Below, piece by piece: positions 1 to 8,871 of a DNA stretch of 32,000 nucleotides (its first letter is position 1; every line of letters starts with the position of its first letter). The position numbers and the translations under genes are program-made. Below the pieces are notes generated by a model. That model made no database searches. It saw only the letters and a program-made list of their open reading frames with translations, and was not told the origin of the DNA. This DNA comes from Halomicronema hongdechloris C2206 (lineage in GTDB: Bacteria; Cyanobacteriota; Cyanobacteriia; Phormidesmidales; Phormidesmidaceae), in the NCBI RefSeq assembly GCF_002075285.3, contig NZ_CP021983.2, positions 4,980,001-5,012,000 on the forward strand. The letters run 5' to 3'.

Positions 1-315
1 CACCGTGTTGGTTAGGAGTAGGTGAGAGGCCCAAGCTAACTCGGTCTTGATGGCATCAGGTAGCTCCTGCCTCAACTCGAAGCCCTCCTCTCCCTGTAGT
101 ACAACCCTGTCTGGTGGCACCGGTTGCACCCGTTGCCAGAGTAATCCAGTCAAGATCAAGACGGCGCTAAGAATGATCCCGACGACGTCAGAGCGGGCTT
201 GCGACGCCGTTAGTGTTGGCGTAGATAGACGATTCAAGAGCAGTAATGAACTGCCCAAAATTCCCACGCCGAAAGGCAGATACCGGAGAACACGATTGGG
301 ATCAGGAGAGGCCAT
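1..315 (-). CDS. Partial CDS (N-terminal 105 codons, continues past the window start). Small integral membrane protein resembling the cyanobacterial DUF2930 / CCB2-CCB4-like family.
   Basis: My own minus-strand translation from ATG 315..313 runs 105 codons to position 1 without a stop: MASPDPNRVLRYLPFGVGILGSSLLLLNRLSTPTLTASQARSDVVGIILSAVLILTGLLWQRVQPVPPDRVVLQGEEGFELRQELPDAIKTELAWASHLLLTNTV. It has two hydrophobic segments. It is missing from the ORF track because the window edge truncates it. The family name is from memory, not a search. Confidence 0.6.
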   Translation of the reverse strand, partial: MASPDPNRVLRYLPFGVGILGSSLLLLNRLSTPTLTASQARSDVVGIILSAVLILTGLLWQRVQPVPPDRVVLQGEEGFELRQELPDAIKTELAWASHLLLTNTV

Positions 316-632
316 GACCGGTCTGGCAATGTCGTTTGCAAGGTTGCTATAGTCAAGGCGCGCGCTTGCCCTGGGATAGGGATAGGGCCTTCCCAGACAA
401 TGGTCTGATGAATGACTACCGACTGACGCATTGAGTCATTGGTATCAGCGTCAGGTCAAGGGGGGACCAACTTACTAGTAAGCGGCACGCCGTTTCATCT
501 AGTCTATCGTTGTCCAATGCTGCTATCCGTCCGGAAGGCTGAGCCTCCATGGTCTTAGGCAGGCGTATCCTCTGCATCCCAGGTTTCTGCTGGAACCGCT
601 GTCTTCATAGTCTGCATTCGGTTGAGTCGCCC

Positions 633-1970
633 ATGGTATCGCGTCGTGTTTGGGACAACCCCGTCTTCAACGTAGGACTAGTGTCATTACTGTTTGGCAA
701 TGTCTCTGCCCAGCCGTTGCGGCCTACTCGGCTGACCAGCGTTGAGCTAGTGCCACCCTGGCAGCAGTCTGCTTGGGTTGCCCGGTTAACGGCACCGGAT
801 CCGGCTGTGGAAGCTCTGGTGCAGTCCCATGTGGACCAATGGATAGCCCAGGGGTTGTCGGCGTCAGCCCAGGGCATTTGGATTCAAACCGGTGATACGG
901 TGATTGCCCAGCATCAGGGGCATGTTCCCCTGGCGGCGGCGTCCCTGACCAAGTTGGCAACGACCCTAGCGGCCCTAACGACCTGGGACCCCACTCATGG
1001 CTTTACAACCCGCATCGGCTGGACGGGGCCGGTGGAAAATGGGGTGTTACGAGGAGATTTAATCATTCAGGCCGGGGGAGATCCCCTGTTTGTCTGGGAA
1101 GAGGCCTTTGCCCTGGGCAACACCATGGCTGAGATGGGGATTCGACGGATTGCTGGTGACCTGCGGATTCAAGGAAATTTTTCCATGAATTTTACGGCCG
1201 ATGCCAGTCGGTCGGGACAATTGCTGCGGCAGGCCTGGATGCCATCCCAGTGGCCAGCGGAGGCTCGCCAGCAGTTTGCCACCTTGCCAGCTGGGACCGC
1301 CAAGCCTGCCATTCCCATCCAGGGTGATGTCCGAGTCGAGTCCATGGGCCAGGGTGATGCTGCTGACCTCTGGAGACTCTCCCATCGCTCGCTCCCCCTG
1401 GTGGCTCTGTTGAAGGCCATGAATATCTACAGCAATAATGTCATGGCTGACCAGATGGCGACAGCGGTTGGTGGGCCCCAGGCGCTGCAGCAAGCAGTGG
1501 TGGCCCACGCCGGGGTTCCAGCGGCGGAGGTGCGCTTGGTCAATGGCTCTGGCTTGGGGGAGGCTAATCAGCTGTCGGCCCGAGCTGTGGTGGCAATTTT
1601 GCAGGCGATTCAGGACCAGCTCCAGGCCGATGGCTTTGCCCTGCCAGATGTGTTGCCGATGGCAGGGCAAGATCAGGGTACGTTGTCCGGGCGGCAATTG
1701 CCCGGGGATGCTGCTGTGAAAACGGGGAGTTTGGCTCAGGTGAGTTCCCTGGCTGGGATATTTTCCAGTCAGCGGCGCGGGTGGGTATGGTTTGCCATTC
1801 TCAATCGAGGTAGTGATTTGGAAACCCTGCGGCAGCAACAGGATCAGCTGGTGTTGGATGTGCAGGCCCAGTGGGGGCAAGTTCCAGCAGGCGTTGCTGG
1901 CCAAGAGCGGGTGAGATTAAATCAAGATCCCTATAGACTGGGAGACCCCCGGCGGATTCAGCCGCTGTGA
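633..1970 (+). CDS. dacB: D-alanyl-D-alanine carboxypeptidase/endopeptidase, PBP4 (peptidase S13) family
   Basis: ORF 549..1970. The penicillin-binding motifs appear in the correct order: SxxK (AASLTKLAT), SxN (IYSNNVMAD), KTG (AVKTGSLA). I prefer ATG 633 (MVSRRVW...VGLVSLLFGNVSAQP, signal-peptide-like) over ATG 549. Confidence 0.85.
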   Translation: MVSRRVWDNPVFNVGLVSLLFGNVSAQPLRPTRLTSVELVPPWQQSAWVARLTAPDPAVEALVQSHVDQWIAQGLSASAQGIWIQTGDTVIAQHQGHVPLAAASLTKLATTLAALTTWDPTHGFTTRIGWTGPVENGVLRGDLIIQAGGDPLFVWEEAFALGNTMAEMGIRRIAGDLRIQGNFSMNFTADASRSGQLLRQAWMPSQWPAEARQQFATLPAGTAKPAIPIQGDVRVESMGQGDAADLWRLSHRSLPLVALLKAMNIYSNNVMADQMATAVGGPQALQQAVVAHAGVPAAEVRLVNGSGLGEANQLSARAVVAILQAIQDQLQADGFALPDVLPMAGQDQGTLSGRQLPGDAAVKTGSLAQVSSLAGIFSSQRRGWVWFAILNRGSDLETLRQQQDQLVLDVQAQWGQVPAGVAGQERVRLNQDPYRLGDPRRIQPL

Positions 1971-2007
1971 TGGCTGGAGACTGAGTTTAATGAGGGCTAG
2001 GGCTGGA

Positions 2008-3254
2008 TTAAGTGCTGGTGCAGGAGAGTGTGGCAATGTGCTGGGCAGCACCGGCGGTGCCCATGCGACGTAGACCATTGGCGCGAATGTCCTGCAGACG
2101 CTCTGGGTGCTGGAGCAGGGTTGCCAAGGCGGGGGCCACAGCGTCAGGATGCTCGACATATAGGATGGATGGCCCCAAGAGGCGAGCTTGGGTATCGGCG
2201 AAGCTGCGGGTAAATTGGGGGCCGTTACCGGGGAAGGTGATGACTGGTTTGCCTAGACCGGCACATTGTTCGGTGGCGGTACCAGCCATGGCTATGCCGA
2301 CGTCGGCTAGATGTAGGCAGGCGGCGTAGGCATCTTGGCTCAGGCGCAGCCAACCCTGGCCCTGGGTATAGGTGGGATAGGGTTGGTCAGTGACAGGGCT
2401 CCAGTGGGCGGCGGTGAGGGCCTGTTGTAGCGGCTCTAGGGGTAAATCAGGTGCGATCGCACCTAGAAACCGCAGCGACCGTCCTGGAAAGTGCTGCAAA
2501 ATCACGGCCACGGCCCGGACCATCTGGCGCCAATTTTCCATGGCCTCTGGTGCTCGAGATCCCGGCAAGAGAACCAGGGTGAGGGCATCGGGATGGTCAG
2601 GCCAGTGAGTGGTCAGGCGGGTGAGGGTGGCGGCATGGGGGTGCAGATTATCCATCATGGGGTTGCCGGCATACACCGCCGGGATGGCCCAGCGCCGCAA
2701 CCATTGGGCCGTGAGCTGATCGCGAACACAGGCAATGCGGCAACGAGTATGCCCCATTAACCACCGCTCCCAAGGTAGATAGACCGATCCAGACCAGCCT
2801 TCAAACCAGGGGCGCTGGGGCAAGGGACCCCGCTCATCCCGGAGGAAATACTCCGACTTCGCCGTCCCCACGAAGCCGTAGGAGAGGCCACTGCCCCAGG
2901 CGGCGGCTAGGGGGACCACATCGCCAATGGCCAGGACATAATCTCCGTGGGACCGCCACTGCCACAGCGCCTGGAGCTGTCGCCACGCTAACGACGCTAG
3001 CCCGCCTCGCAGATCACGGGCCAGTTGGCGCCCATCCATATAGATGAACCCCCCCGAGGGTAAGGATTGGGTTGGCCCCAGGATCGGGGATCTGAGCCTG
3101 GCCATAGGCCTTGCCCTCTCCCACCAGTGGCAACGCCCATACCTGTAGGGAACGAGACCCTTGGCGCGCAATGCCTTGATGATGCTGGCGGCGATGCCAT
3201 CTTCGCCATGGCCATTGCTAATACACAGGAGCTTCAGGGGCCGGTTGGCCTCAT
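2008..3254 (-). pseudogene. Lipid-A-disaccharide synthase (LpxB)-related glycosyltransferase, paralog A. The 5' end is disrupted by three 1-nt frame changes, so this is either a pseudogene or a local sequence error.
   Basis: The long ORF 2008..3171 (open up to 3270) aligns along its whole length with the intact paralog at 3413..4645 (ILGPTQSLPSGGF, GDVVP, LLPGSRAPEA, AMAGTATEQCAGLGKPVI, GPQFT). The N-terminal family motifs lie in three different frames: ATG 3254 gives MRPTGP then a stop; LKLLCISNGHGED is in the ORF frame; ALPLVGEGKAY is in a third frame between 3148 and 3086. See the first finding. Confidence 0.6.
2453..2460. repeat. HIP1 octamer GCGATCGC
   Basis: Perfect copy read directly (context gtGCGATCGCac). 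Confidence 0.95.
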
Positions 3255-3412
3255 CGCAGCAAAGGATATGTCACTCTAAGAGGGTACTGGAAAAGGACTC
3301 AGACTCTCATGTGGCAGGGTCCGATACCTGTTACGTTAGCTTTCATGACTGGCTGACTTGGCGGTGGTCTACGCTAAAGGTCGGCCAGTCGCTGCCCGTT
3401 TCTGGTTGCTCT

Positions 3413-4645
3413 ATGCCTAAACGTCTGCTGTTCCTAAGTAACGGCCATGGAGAGGATCTCAATGCCAGTTTAGTCCTCGCGGCACTGCGGCAGCTGGCTC
3501 CAGAGGTCGATGTGGCGGCATTACCCATTGTGGGTGAGGGGCAAGCGTATCAACAGCTAGGGGTTCCCATCATTGGACCGACCCAGCAGTTGCCCTCCGG
3601 GGGCTTTCTGTACATCAATGTGTTGCGCCTGCTCAATCCCTGCAACTGGCAGCGGGATCTCAACCCCATCAATCTGGTGCGAGATCTCTTCTCGGGGCTG
3701 ATTAGCCTCACCTGGGGACAGTTGCAGGCTGTCCGTCGGTATGGCCGCCATTGTGACTTGGTGTTGGCCACCGGAGACGTGGTCCCCATCCTGTTTGCCT
3801 ATCTCACCGGGCGACCTTTTGTGGCGTTTCTGGTATCGATGTCTAGCTATTACGAAGGGCGGTTGAAATTACCCTGGCTGGCCCAGGCTTGCTTGCGATC
3901 GCATCGGTGTCGCCTGATTCTAACCCGCGATGCCTTCACCGCCAAAGACTTACAGCGACGGGGAATGGGCAAAGCTCGTTTCGCCGGCTATCCGATCATG
4001 GATGTATTACAGCCGACGGGACGTTCCCTAAAGCGACAGCCCGGCATGGCCACCATAGCCCTATTACCAGGCAGCCGTTTGCCCGAAGCCCATCACAACT
4101 TTGCCCTGCAGCTAAAGCTGTGTGACGCCATCGTCACCCAGTACGGCACCGTCCAATTTGAAGCGGCGCTAGTTCCCGCCTTCCGAGACGAACACCTCCA
4201 GACCCTGGCCCAAACCCAAGGATGGACCCTCGACAGCGCAGGCCACTTGCATAGGGCAAATGGCCTGCGAGTGATGTGTTACCGAGATGCCTTTGCCGAT
4301 ATTCTGCACCACTGCGACCTGGTGATCGGCATGGCCGGTACCGCCGTCGAACAAGCCGTAGGGCTAGGTAAACCGGTCATCCAAATCATTGGCCCCGGGC
4401 CTCAGTTCACTTACCCCTTCGCCGAAGCCCAAATGCGGTTGCTGGGGCCTTCCGTGATCACCGTTGGCCGTCGCATGGCCACCCCACCATTACTACTACA
4501 GGCGGCAACCAAGGCAGTAGCCATCCTCAACGACGTGACCTATCGACAGCGCTGTCAGGATAATGGCAAAGAACGAGTGGGGCCGCCGGGGGGCTCTCGT
4601 CATATCGCCCAACAACTCTTGAGCCAACTTAGCTATCCCAGCTAA
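3413..4645 (+). CDS. Lipid-A-disaccharide synthase (LpxB)-related glycosyltransferase, paralog B (cyanobacteria-specific family, function unknown)
   Basis: ORF 3161..4645. The conserved family N-terminus [15 protein letters not shown] starts at ATG 3413. Also present: [57 protein letters not shown]. The 84 codons upstream of 3413 overlap the 5' end of the divergent paralog and look non-coding. Confidence 0.8.
   Translation: MPKRLLFLSNGHGEDLNASLVLAALRQLAPEVDVAALPIVGEGQAYQQLGVPIIGPTQQLPSGGFLYINVLRLLNPCNWQRDLNPINLVRDLFSGLISLTWGQLQAVRRYGRHCDLVLATGDVVPILFAYLTGRPFVAFLVSMSSYYEGRLKLPWLAQACLRSHRCRLILTRDAFTAKDLQRRGMGKARFAGYPIMDVLQPTGRSLKRQPGMATIALLPGSRLPEAHHNFALQLKLCDAIVTQYGTVQFEAALVPAFRDEHLQTLAQTQGWTLDSAGHLHRANGLRVMCYRDAFADILHHCDLVIGMAGTAVEQAVGLGKPVIQIIGPGPQFTYPFAEAQMRLLGPSVITVGRRMATPPLLLQAATKAVAILNDVTYRQRCQDNGKERVGPPGGSRHIAQQLLSQLSYPS
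3895..3902. repeat. HIP1 octamer GCGATCGC
   Basis: Perfect copy read directly. Confidence 0.95.
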
Positions 4646-4842
4646 TCACTGCGCCTCATGTTGCGCAAACGCCGACGTTGCCGATGCTTGGCAATTTCCT
4701 TTCGCTTGCGCTTCTCGCCAGGCGTCTCAAAATGGCGGTTCTTCTTCATGTCGGCAAAGATACCAGCCTTAGAAACTTTGCGTTTAAAGCGGCGCAGGAC
4801 AGATTCCAGTTGTTCATTTTCCCCAACGACCACTTGGGCCAT
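4642..4842 (-). CDS. rpsU: 30S ribosomal protein S21
   Basis: 66 aa: [58 protein letters not shown]. This is a typical S21 sequence. A GAGGAGGA Shine-Dalgarno lies upstream of the ATG. Confidence 0.95.
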   Translation of the reverse strand: MAQVVVGENEQLESVLRRFKRKVSKAGIFADMKKNRHFETPGEKRKRKEIAKHRQRRRLRNMRRSD

Positions 4843-4933
4843 TCAGCGTCCTCCTCGTCTAACTAAACGTTACAAACTGACCATGCGGTTGTCCTACCTT
4901 CCCTGGGCTGATGACCTCCAGTGTCCCTTAGGG

Positions 4934-5245
4934 TTAATACCGAGGGGAGGCATCACGGCTATCTTTGTCTCGCCAGCCCCTATTGCCAGACGGCTTGCGT
5001 TCAGTCCGGGGGCGGGCCTTATTGACCTTTAGAGTCCGGCCCATCCATTCGGAGCCGTCGAGATCATTAATCGCCGCAGTTTCATCGGCTTCCTGCTCCA
5101 TTTCAACGAAAGCAAATCCGCGCATCCGGCCAGTCTCGCGGTCAACCGGCATCTGCACGCGTTTGACGGAGCCATATTCGGCAAAGACGCCGCTCAAATC
5201 GGCCTCTGTCGCATCATAGGACAGATTGCCCACATAAACAGTCAT
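4934..5245 (-). CDS. rbp: RRM-type RNA-binding protein (cyanobacterial Rbp, the type lacking a Gly-rich tail)
   Basis: 103 aa with RNP2 (VYVGNL) and RNP1 (RGFAFVEM). It lies directly upstream of rpsU on the same strand. Confidence 0.93.
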   Translation of the reverse strand: MTVYVGNLSYDATEADLSGVFAEYGSVKRVQMPVDRETGRMRGFAFVEMEQEADETAAINDLDGSEWMGRTLKVNKARPRTERKPSGNRGWRDKDSRDASPRY

Positions 5246-5247
5246 GA

Positions 5248-5296
5248 CTTACCTCTCAAGTCAAATAGCACCTAGAGATTGAATGTCGGAGGTAAG
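5248..5296 (-). promoter_or_regulatory. Possible SD-sequestering stem-loop in the rbp 5' leader
   Basis: The minus-strand RNA would read GG-CUUACCUC-(33 nt)-GAGGUAAG-UC-AUG. This is a perfect 8-bp pairing between an upstream anti-SD (5296..5289) and the GAGG-containing SD (5255..5248), 2 nt before ATG 5245. I read the pairing directly; I did not compute a folding energy. Confidence 0.3.
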
Positions 5297-5470
5297 CCAG
5301 CTCACTAAGGCTAACTAACAGGAGACCCCTGTCGTCGCTAGTGGACACTCAGCCACCGATGTCTACTCTAGACTCCATAATAACGTTCCTCTCAGGCAAG
5401 GGTGCATTCTATTTTCCCCCTACCCAGGCTGGCCAATTTCCCGTATGCTCCTAGTTGCGTTGAGACACGG

Positions 5471-6253
5471 ATGGCCATGCTAGATCTGACTGGAAAAAAT
5501 GCCCTGGTGACTGGGATTGCCAATAATCGCTCCATTGCTTGGGGGATTGCCCAACAGCTGCATCAGGCCGGGGCCAATCTAGGCGTTACCTACTTGCCGG
5601 ATGACAAAGGCAAGATGCAAAAGAAGGTCGGAGATTTGGTGGCGCCATTGCAGCCTTCTCTATTCCTGCCCTGCAATGTGCAAGACGAGTCGCAAGTGGA
5701 GGCCGTGTTTAACTCTGTCCAGGAGGCTTGGGGACGTCTCGATATTTTAGTACACTGCCTGGCCTTTGCTAATCGGGATGACTTGACCGGAGACTTTAGC
5801 AATACCTCCCGGGCTGGGTTTCAAACGGCGTTAGATATCAGTGCCTATTCTTTGATTGCCCTGGCTCGGGGCGCTAAACCCCTAATGACTGAGGGGGGCA
5901 GCATGGTCACCCTAACCTACCTAGGAGGCGTGAAGGTGGTGCCCAATTACAATGTCATGGGCATTGCCAAGGCGGCCTTAGACATGAATGTCAAATACTT
6001 GGCGTCTGAACTAGGTCCCCAGGGAGTTCGTGTCAATGGGATTTCCGCTGGCCCCATTCGCACCCTGGCCTCATCGGCAGTGGGAGGCATCTTAGAGATG
6101 ATTCACCATGTGGAGCAAACCGCCCCGCTGCGGCGTACTGTGACCCAGCAGGAAGTGGGCAATGCCGCCGCATTTCTCTGTAGCGACCTAGCCACTGGTG
6201 TGACAGGCCAGATTCTCTACGTGGATGCGGGCTACGAGATTATGGGGATGTAG
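5471..6253 (+). CDS. fabI: Enoyl-[acyl-carrier-protein] reductase (NADH), FabI
   Basis: Motifs seen: MAMLDLTGKNALVTGIANNRSIAWGIA (nucleotide-binding motif), YNVMGIAKAALD (Tyr/Lys catalytic pair), ISAGPIRTLA. The start is taken at ATG 5471, not the GTG at 5402. Confidence 0.93.
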   Translation: MAMLDLTGKNALVTGIANNRSIAWGIAQQLHQAGANLGVTYLPDDKGKMQKKVGDLVAPLQPSLFLPCNVQDESQVEAVFNSVQEAWGRLDILVHCLAFANRDDLTGDFSNTSRAGFQTALDISAYSLIALARGAKPLMTEGGSMVTLTYLGGVKVVPNYNVMGIAKAALDMNVKYLASELGPQGVRVNGISAGPIRTLASSAVGGILEMIHHVEQTAPLRRTVTQQEVGNAAAFLCSDLATGVTGQILYVDAGYEIMGM

Positions 6254-6293
6254 AGCCCGGGAGCGGTGGAGTAGGGGTGTCTGCCGTAGCGTA

Positions 6294-7946
6294 CTAGTCG
6301 GTGAAGCTGAGATCGGTGCTGGGTTGGGGTTGACTCTCCAAGTCGAATAGGGCCGTTAGCGCTAACGTCTGAGCCATGGGCATTTGGCCATAGGTGAAGA
6401 CATGGGGCAGGTGGGGTAAATAGGAATGGTAGGGATAGAGAGCATAGGGACTGCCGTAGATGACTAGGCCCTGCAGGGATTGGCTCCCCATCAGGGCATG
6501 GAACCAGCGATGGGCGACTGCGGTGGTGCCGGCAGACCCCCGAAAGGGATTCCCTCGAATGAATAACTGCAGCAGAGTCAGCTGCAGGGCGTCAGGGTGA
6601 GGCCATTGCTGACAGGGGCCGTTGTCGACCACGAGGATGTCATAGCCGAGACGCTGGGGGAGTGCGATCGCATCGCTGCTGCGACTAAGGACACGACAAT
6701 CAATCACATCGTCGACGATAATCACCGTCTGCTTTGGGCCAGGAGCCTGGGGAGCAAGAGAGCCCTGACCACTCATCGAGTGGCGTAAAATTGTCTCAGC
6801 CGTTTGCCGGGTGCCGAGCTGAGCCAGCTGCTCCAGTGGCATCGGGGGAGGCGGCAGTCGTTCCCAGGCATGGTCATCCCCTGGGAACACCGATAGGGGC
6901 GTGCCCAGTTTTTGCTTGGCTCGCCAGATCCGCTCCACTGAGGTCAGGATACGCTCAGCCGACAACCGTCCGACTTGCACCGCTTCACAGAGAGCAGCAA
7001 TCACCCCATCCGGATCGGCGGGCATGAGCAGCACATCAGCCCCGGCTTCCACTGCCAGAATGGCGGCTTCGTAGGGGCCATAGGCCTTGGTAATGGCTTG
7101 CATCACCAAGGCGTCGGTGACAATCAGGCCATCGAAGCCCAGTTCCTGCCGCAACAGATCGGTGAGAATGGCCGGGGAGAGGGTGGCGGGATATCGCTGA
7201 TCTAACTGGGGCACTCGCAGATGGGCGGTCATGACGGCATCGACCCCGGCGGCAATGGCTGCCCGGAACGGAGGCAGCTCGATTTGCTCTAACCGTTGGC
7301 GGTCGTGGGGAATGACCGGTAAGGCCAGATGGGAATCGATGCTGGTATCCCCATGACCAGGAAAATGCTTAGCTGTGGTCAGGACTGGAAAGGCCTGAGT
7401 TCCTCGAATAAAGCCCTGGGCCAGCCGACTGACGCGGATGGGAGACTGGCCAAAGGCCCGCACGTTGATCACCGGATTCTCGGAGTTGATGTTGACATCG
7501 ACGACTGGGGCCAGAATCCAATTGAGGCCAATAGCCGCGGCCTCCTGGGCGATGGCGCTGCCCATTTTTTCGGCCTGGGCGAGGGCAGCTTCCCAGTCAT
7601 GGCGGGCCCAAGCCCCCAGGGCCATGGGCGGAGGAAACCAGGTGGCACCGCTAAACCGTTGCCCCACCCCTTCTTCGATATCGGCAGCCAGCAGCAGGGG
7701 GATATCGGCCCAGGTCTGCAGGGTGTGCGATCGCATCGCTATCTCTGCGGCACTGCCCCCCAGCAGAATGACGCCGCCAACCCCCACTTCCTGGATCCAT
7801 CGCTGCAATTGGCCTTGGGTTGCTTCCCAGCGGGGATAGCGAATTTCGTGGTCAAACAGATGGCCAGAGGCCCGCACAACCACCATTTGAGCCACCTGCT
7901 GCCGTAGGGGCAGGTTACTGGGCGACGGTAACGCAGGCAGGATCAA
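6294..7946 (-). CDS. nagZ: Glycoside hydrolase family 3, beta-N-acetylhexosaminidase (NagZ-like) with a C-terminal extension
   Basis: GH3 motifs [14 protein letters not shown] and [10 protein letters not shown] are present. The N-terminus [15 protein letters not shown] is typical of the family. The TTG start at 7946 overlaps the rbfA stop (TTGA). Confidence 0.82.
   Translation of the reverse strand: MILPALPSPSNLPLRQQVAQMVVVRASGHLFDHEIRYPRWEATQGQLQRWIQEVGVGGVILLGGSAAEIAMRSHTLQTWADIPLLLAADIEEGVGQRFSGATWFPPPMALGAWARHDWEAALAQAEKMGSAIAQEAAAIGLNWILAPVVDVNINSENPVINVRAFGQSPIRVSRLAQGFIRGTQAFPVLTTAKHFPGHGDTSIDSHLALPVIPHDRQRLEQIELPPFRAAIAAGVDAVMTAHLRVPQLDQRYPATLSPAILTDLLRQELGFDGLIVTDALVMQAITKAYGPYEAAILAVEAGADVLLMPADPDGVIAALCEAVQVGRLSAERILTSVERIWRAKQKLGTPLSVFPGDDHAWERLPPPPMPLEQLAQLGTRQTAETILRHSMSGQGSLAPQAPGPKQTVIIVDDVIDCRVLSRSSDAIALPQRLGYDILVVDNGPCQQWPHPDALQLTLLQLFIRGNPFRGSAGTTAVAHRWFHALMGSQSLQGLVIYGSPYALYPYHSYLPHLPHVFTYGQMPMAQTLALTALFDLESQPQPSTDLSFTD
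6664..6671. repeat. HIP1 octamer GCGATCGC
   Basis: Perfect copy read directly. Confidence 0.95.
7727..7734. repeat. HIP1 octamer GCGATCGC
   Basis: Perfect copy read directly. Confidence 0.95.
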
Positions 7947-8359
7947 GCGCTAGGGTCTCCCTGGACATCGGTATTGGCAGCGGCATCAGAGGCCTCCTTA
8001 GCACTGCGTTCCTGACTCAGTTGATTAATCAGGGACAAGACCCGGGTACCGCGCTCCACGGAGCGATCTTCTCGAAACAGAATCTCTGGGGTGCGTCGCA
8101 ACCGCACCCGCTGCCCCAGTTCTCGTCGCACATAGCCAGTGGCAGCCCGTAACCCTTCCATAGTCTCAGCCCGGGCGGCTTCGGTGCCATAGATACTGAC
8201 GAAGATCTTGGCATGTTGCAGATCCCCTGAGACAGCCACATCAGTGATGCTGACCATACCAGCCCCTACCCGGTCATCCTTGATGCCAGACATCAGCATC
8301 TGGCTGACTTCCTGTTTAATCAGAGACGCGACTCGAGCGACTCGACGACTGGTTGCCAT
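7943..8359 (-). CDS. rbfA: Ribosome-binding factor A
   Basis: Sequence [58 protein letters not shown]...RRTPEILF is typical RbfA. I prefer ATG 8359 over the longer ORF start at 8407. Confidence 0.9.
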   Translation of the reverse strand: MATSRRVARVASLIKQEVSQMLMSGIKDDRVGAGMVSITDVAVSGDLQHAKIFVSIYGTEAARAETMEGLRAATGYVRRELGQRVRLRRTPEILFREDRSVERGTRVLSLINQLSQERSAKEASDAAANTDVQGDPSA

Positions 8360-8549
8360 ACTCCACCTCCTGTTCGAATACAGTCCTATCCACACCCTTG
8401 GCACCACGGCTGACCCGCCGGCCTTCAGTCCGCTGAGCAGTGACGGCTTTTCTTGCTAGCCCCCTCTGAGTTGGGATGTAGCTCGGGCGGCAACAGGGAG
8501 CCAGTACCGTTTGCGGCTAAGGGGGTACGCTATGTCTGGCCCGAGTCCC

Positions 8550-8753
8550 TTAGCCGCCATTCAACCCCAGCATGGCTCGCAGGGTAAAGGTGAGAAATAG
8601 AAATGCCGCAATGACCGCACTGACCAGTGCCACAGCTGTGGTGGGTCGCTTCAGCAATGGCAGCAGGGGCTGCAGTGCGTTAAATAAAATGCCCAAGCTA
8701 AAGGAAATCAGATAGCGTGGGTAGCGCGAGGTGTTCCGGAAGAAGTCTTGCAT
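8550..8753 (-). CDS. Small membrane protein, DUF751/Ycf33-like
   Basis: 67 aa: MQDFFRNTSRYPRYLISFSLGILFNALQPLL...AVALVSAVIAAFLFLTFTL, with two hydrophobic helices. The N-terminus matches my memory of the cyanobacterial/plastid DUF751 family. This was not verified by a search. Confidence 0.55.
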   Translation of the reverse strand: MQDFFRNTSRYPRYLISFSLGILFNALQPLLPLLKRPTTAVALVSAVIAAFLFLTFTLRAMLGLNGG

Positions 8754-8809
8754 GATCCTAACTAGGCGTTACCCTAAACAAATTCGCTGATACCGACTGC
8801 CAATACCAC

Positions 8810-8833
8810 GTCTCTAAATGAGTCTCTAAATGA
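8810..8833. repeat. Tandem direct repeat, 2 x 12 bp (GTCTCTAAATGA)
   Basis: Read directly: ccacGTCTCTAAATGAGTCTCTAAATGAcgg. It sits in the divergent intergenic region between the DUF751 gene and dam. Confidence 0.9.
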
Positions 8834-8871
8834 CGGCTACGTAACTTGCGCTCCGGCTGCTCTACTGCCAC

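Noticed and set aside
47-352. 101-aa plus-strand ORF at the window start
   Set aside because: It is antisense to the better-supported partial membrane-protein CDS at 1..315, which has hydrophobic helices and a family-like N-terminus.
1059-1904. 281-aa ORF on the minus strand
   Set aside because: It lies entirely antisense to the PBP4 gene, which carries SxxK/SxN/KTG motifs. Its translation is Pro/Gly/His/Gln-rich with no recognisable motif. Long antisense ORFs are expected in GC-rich coding DNA.
3161-3412. N-terminal 84-codon extension of the paralog B ORF (ATG 3161)
   Set aside because: The conserved family N-terminus starts at ATG 3413. The extension overlaps the 5' end of the divergent paralog A and has no family similarity.
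7329-7907. 192-aa plus-strand ORF, along with 6734..7027, 6975..7205 and 7438..7839
   Set aside because: All are antisense or alternative-frame ORFs inside the GH3 gene and have no recognisable motifs.
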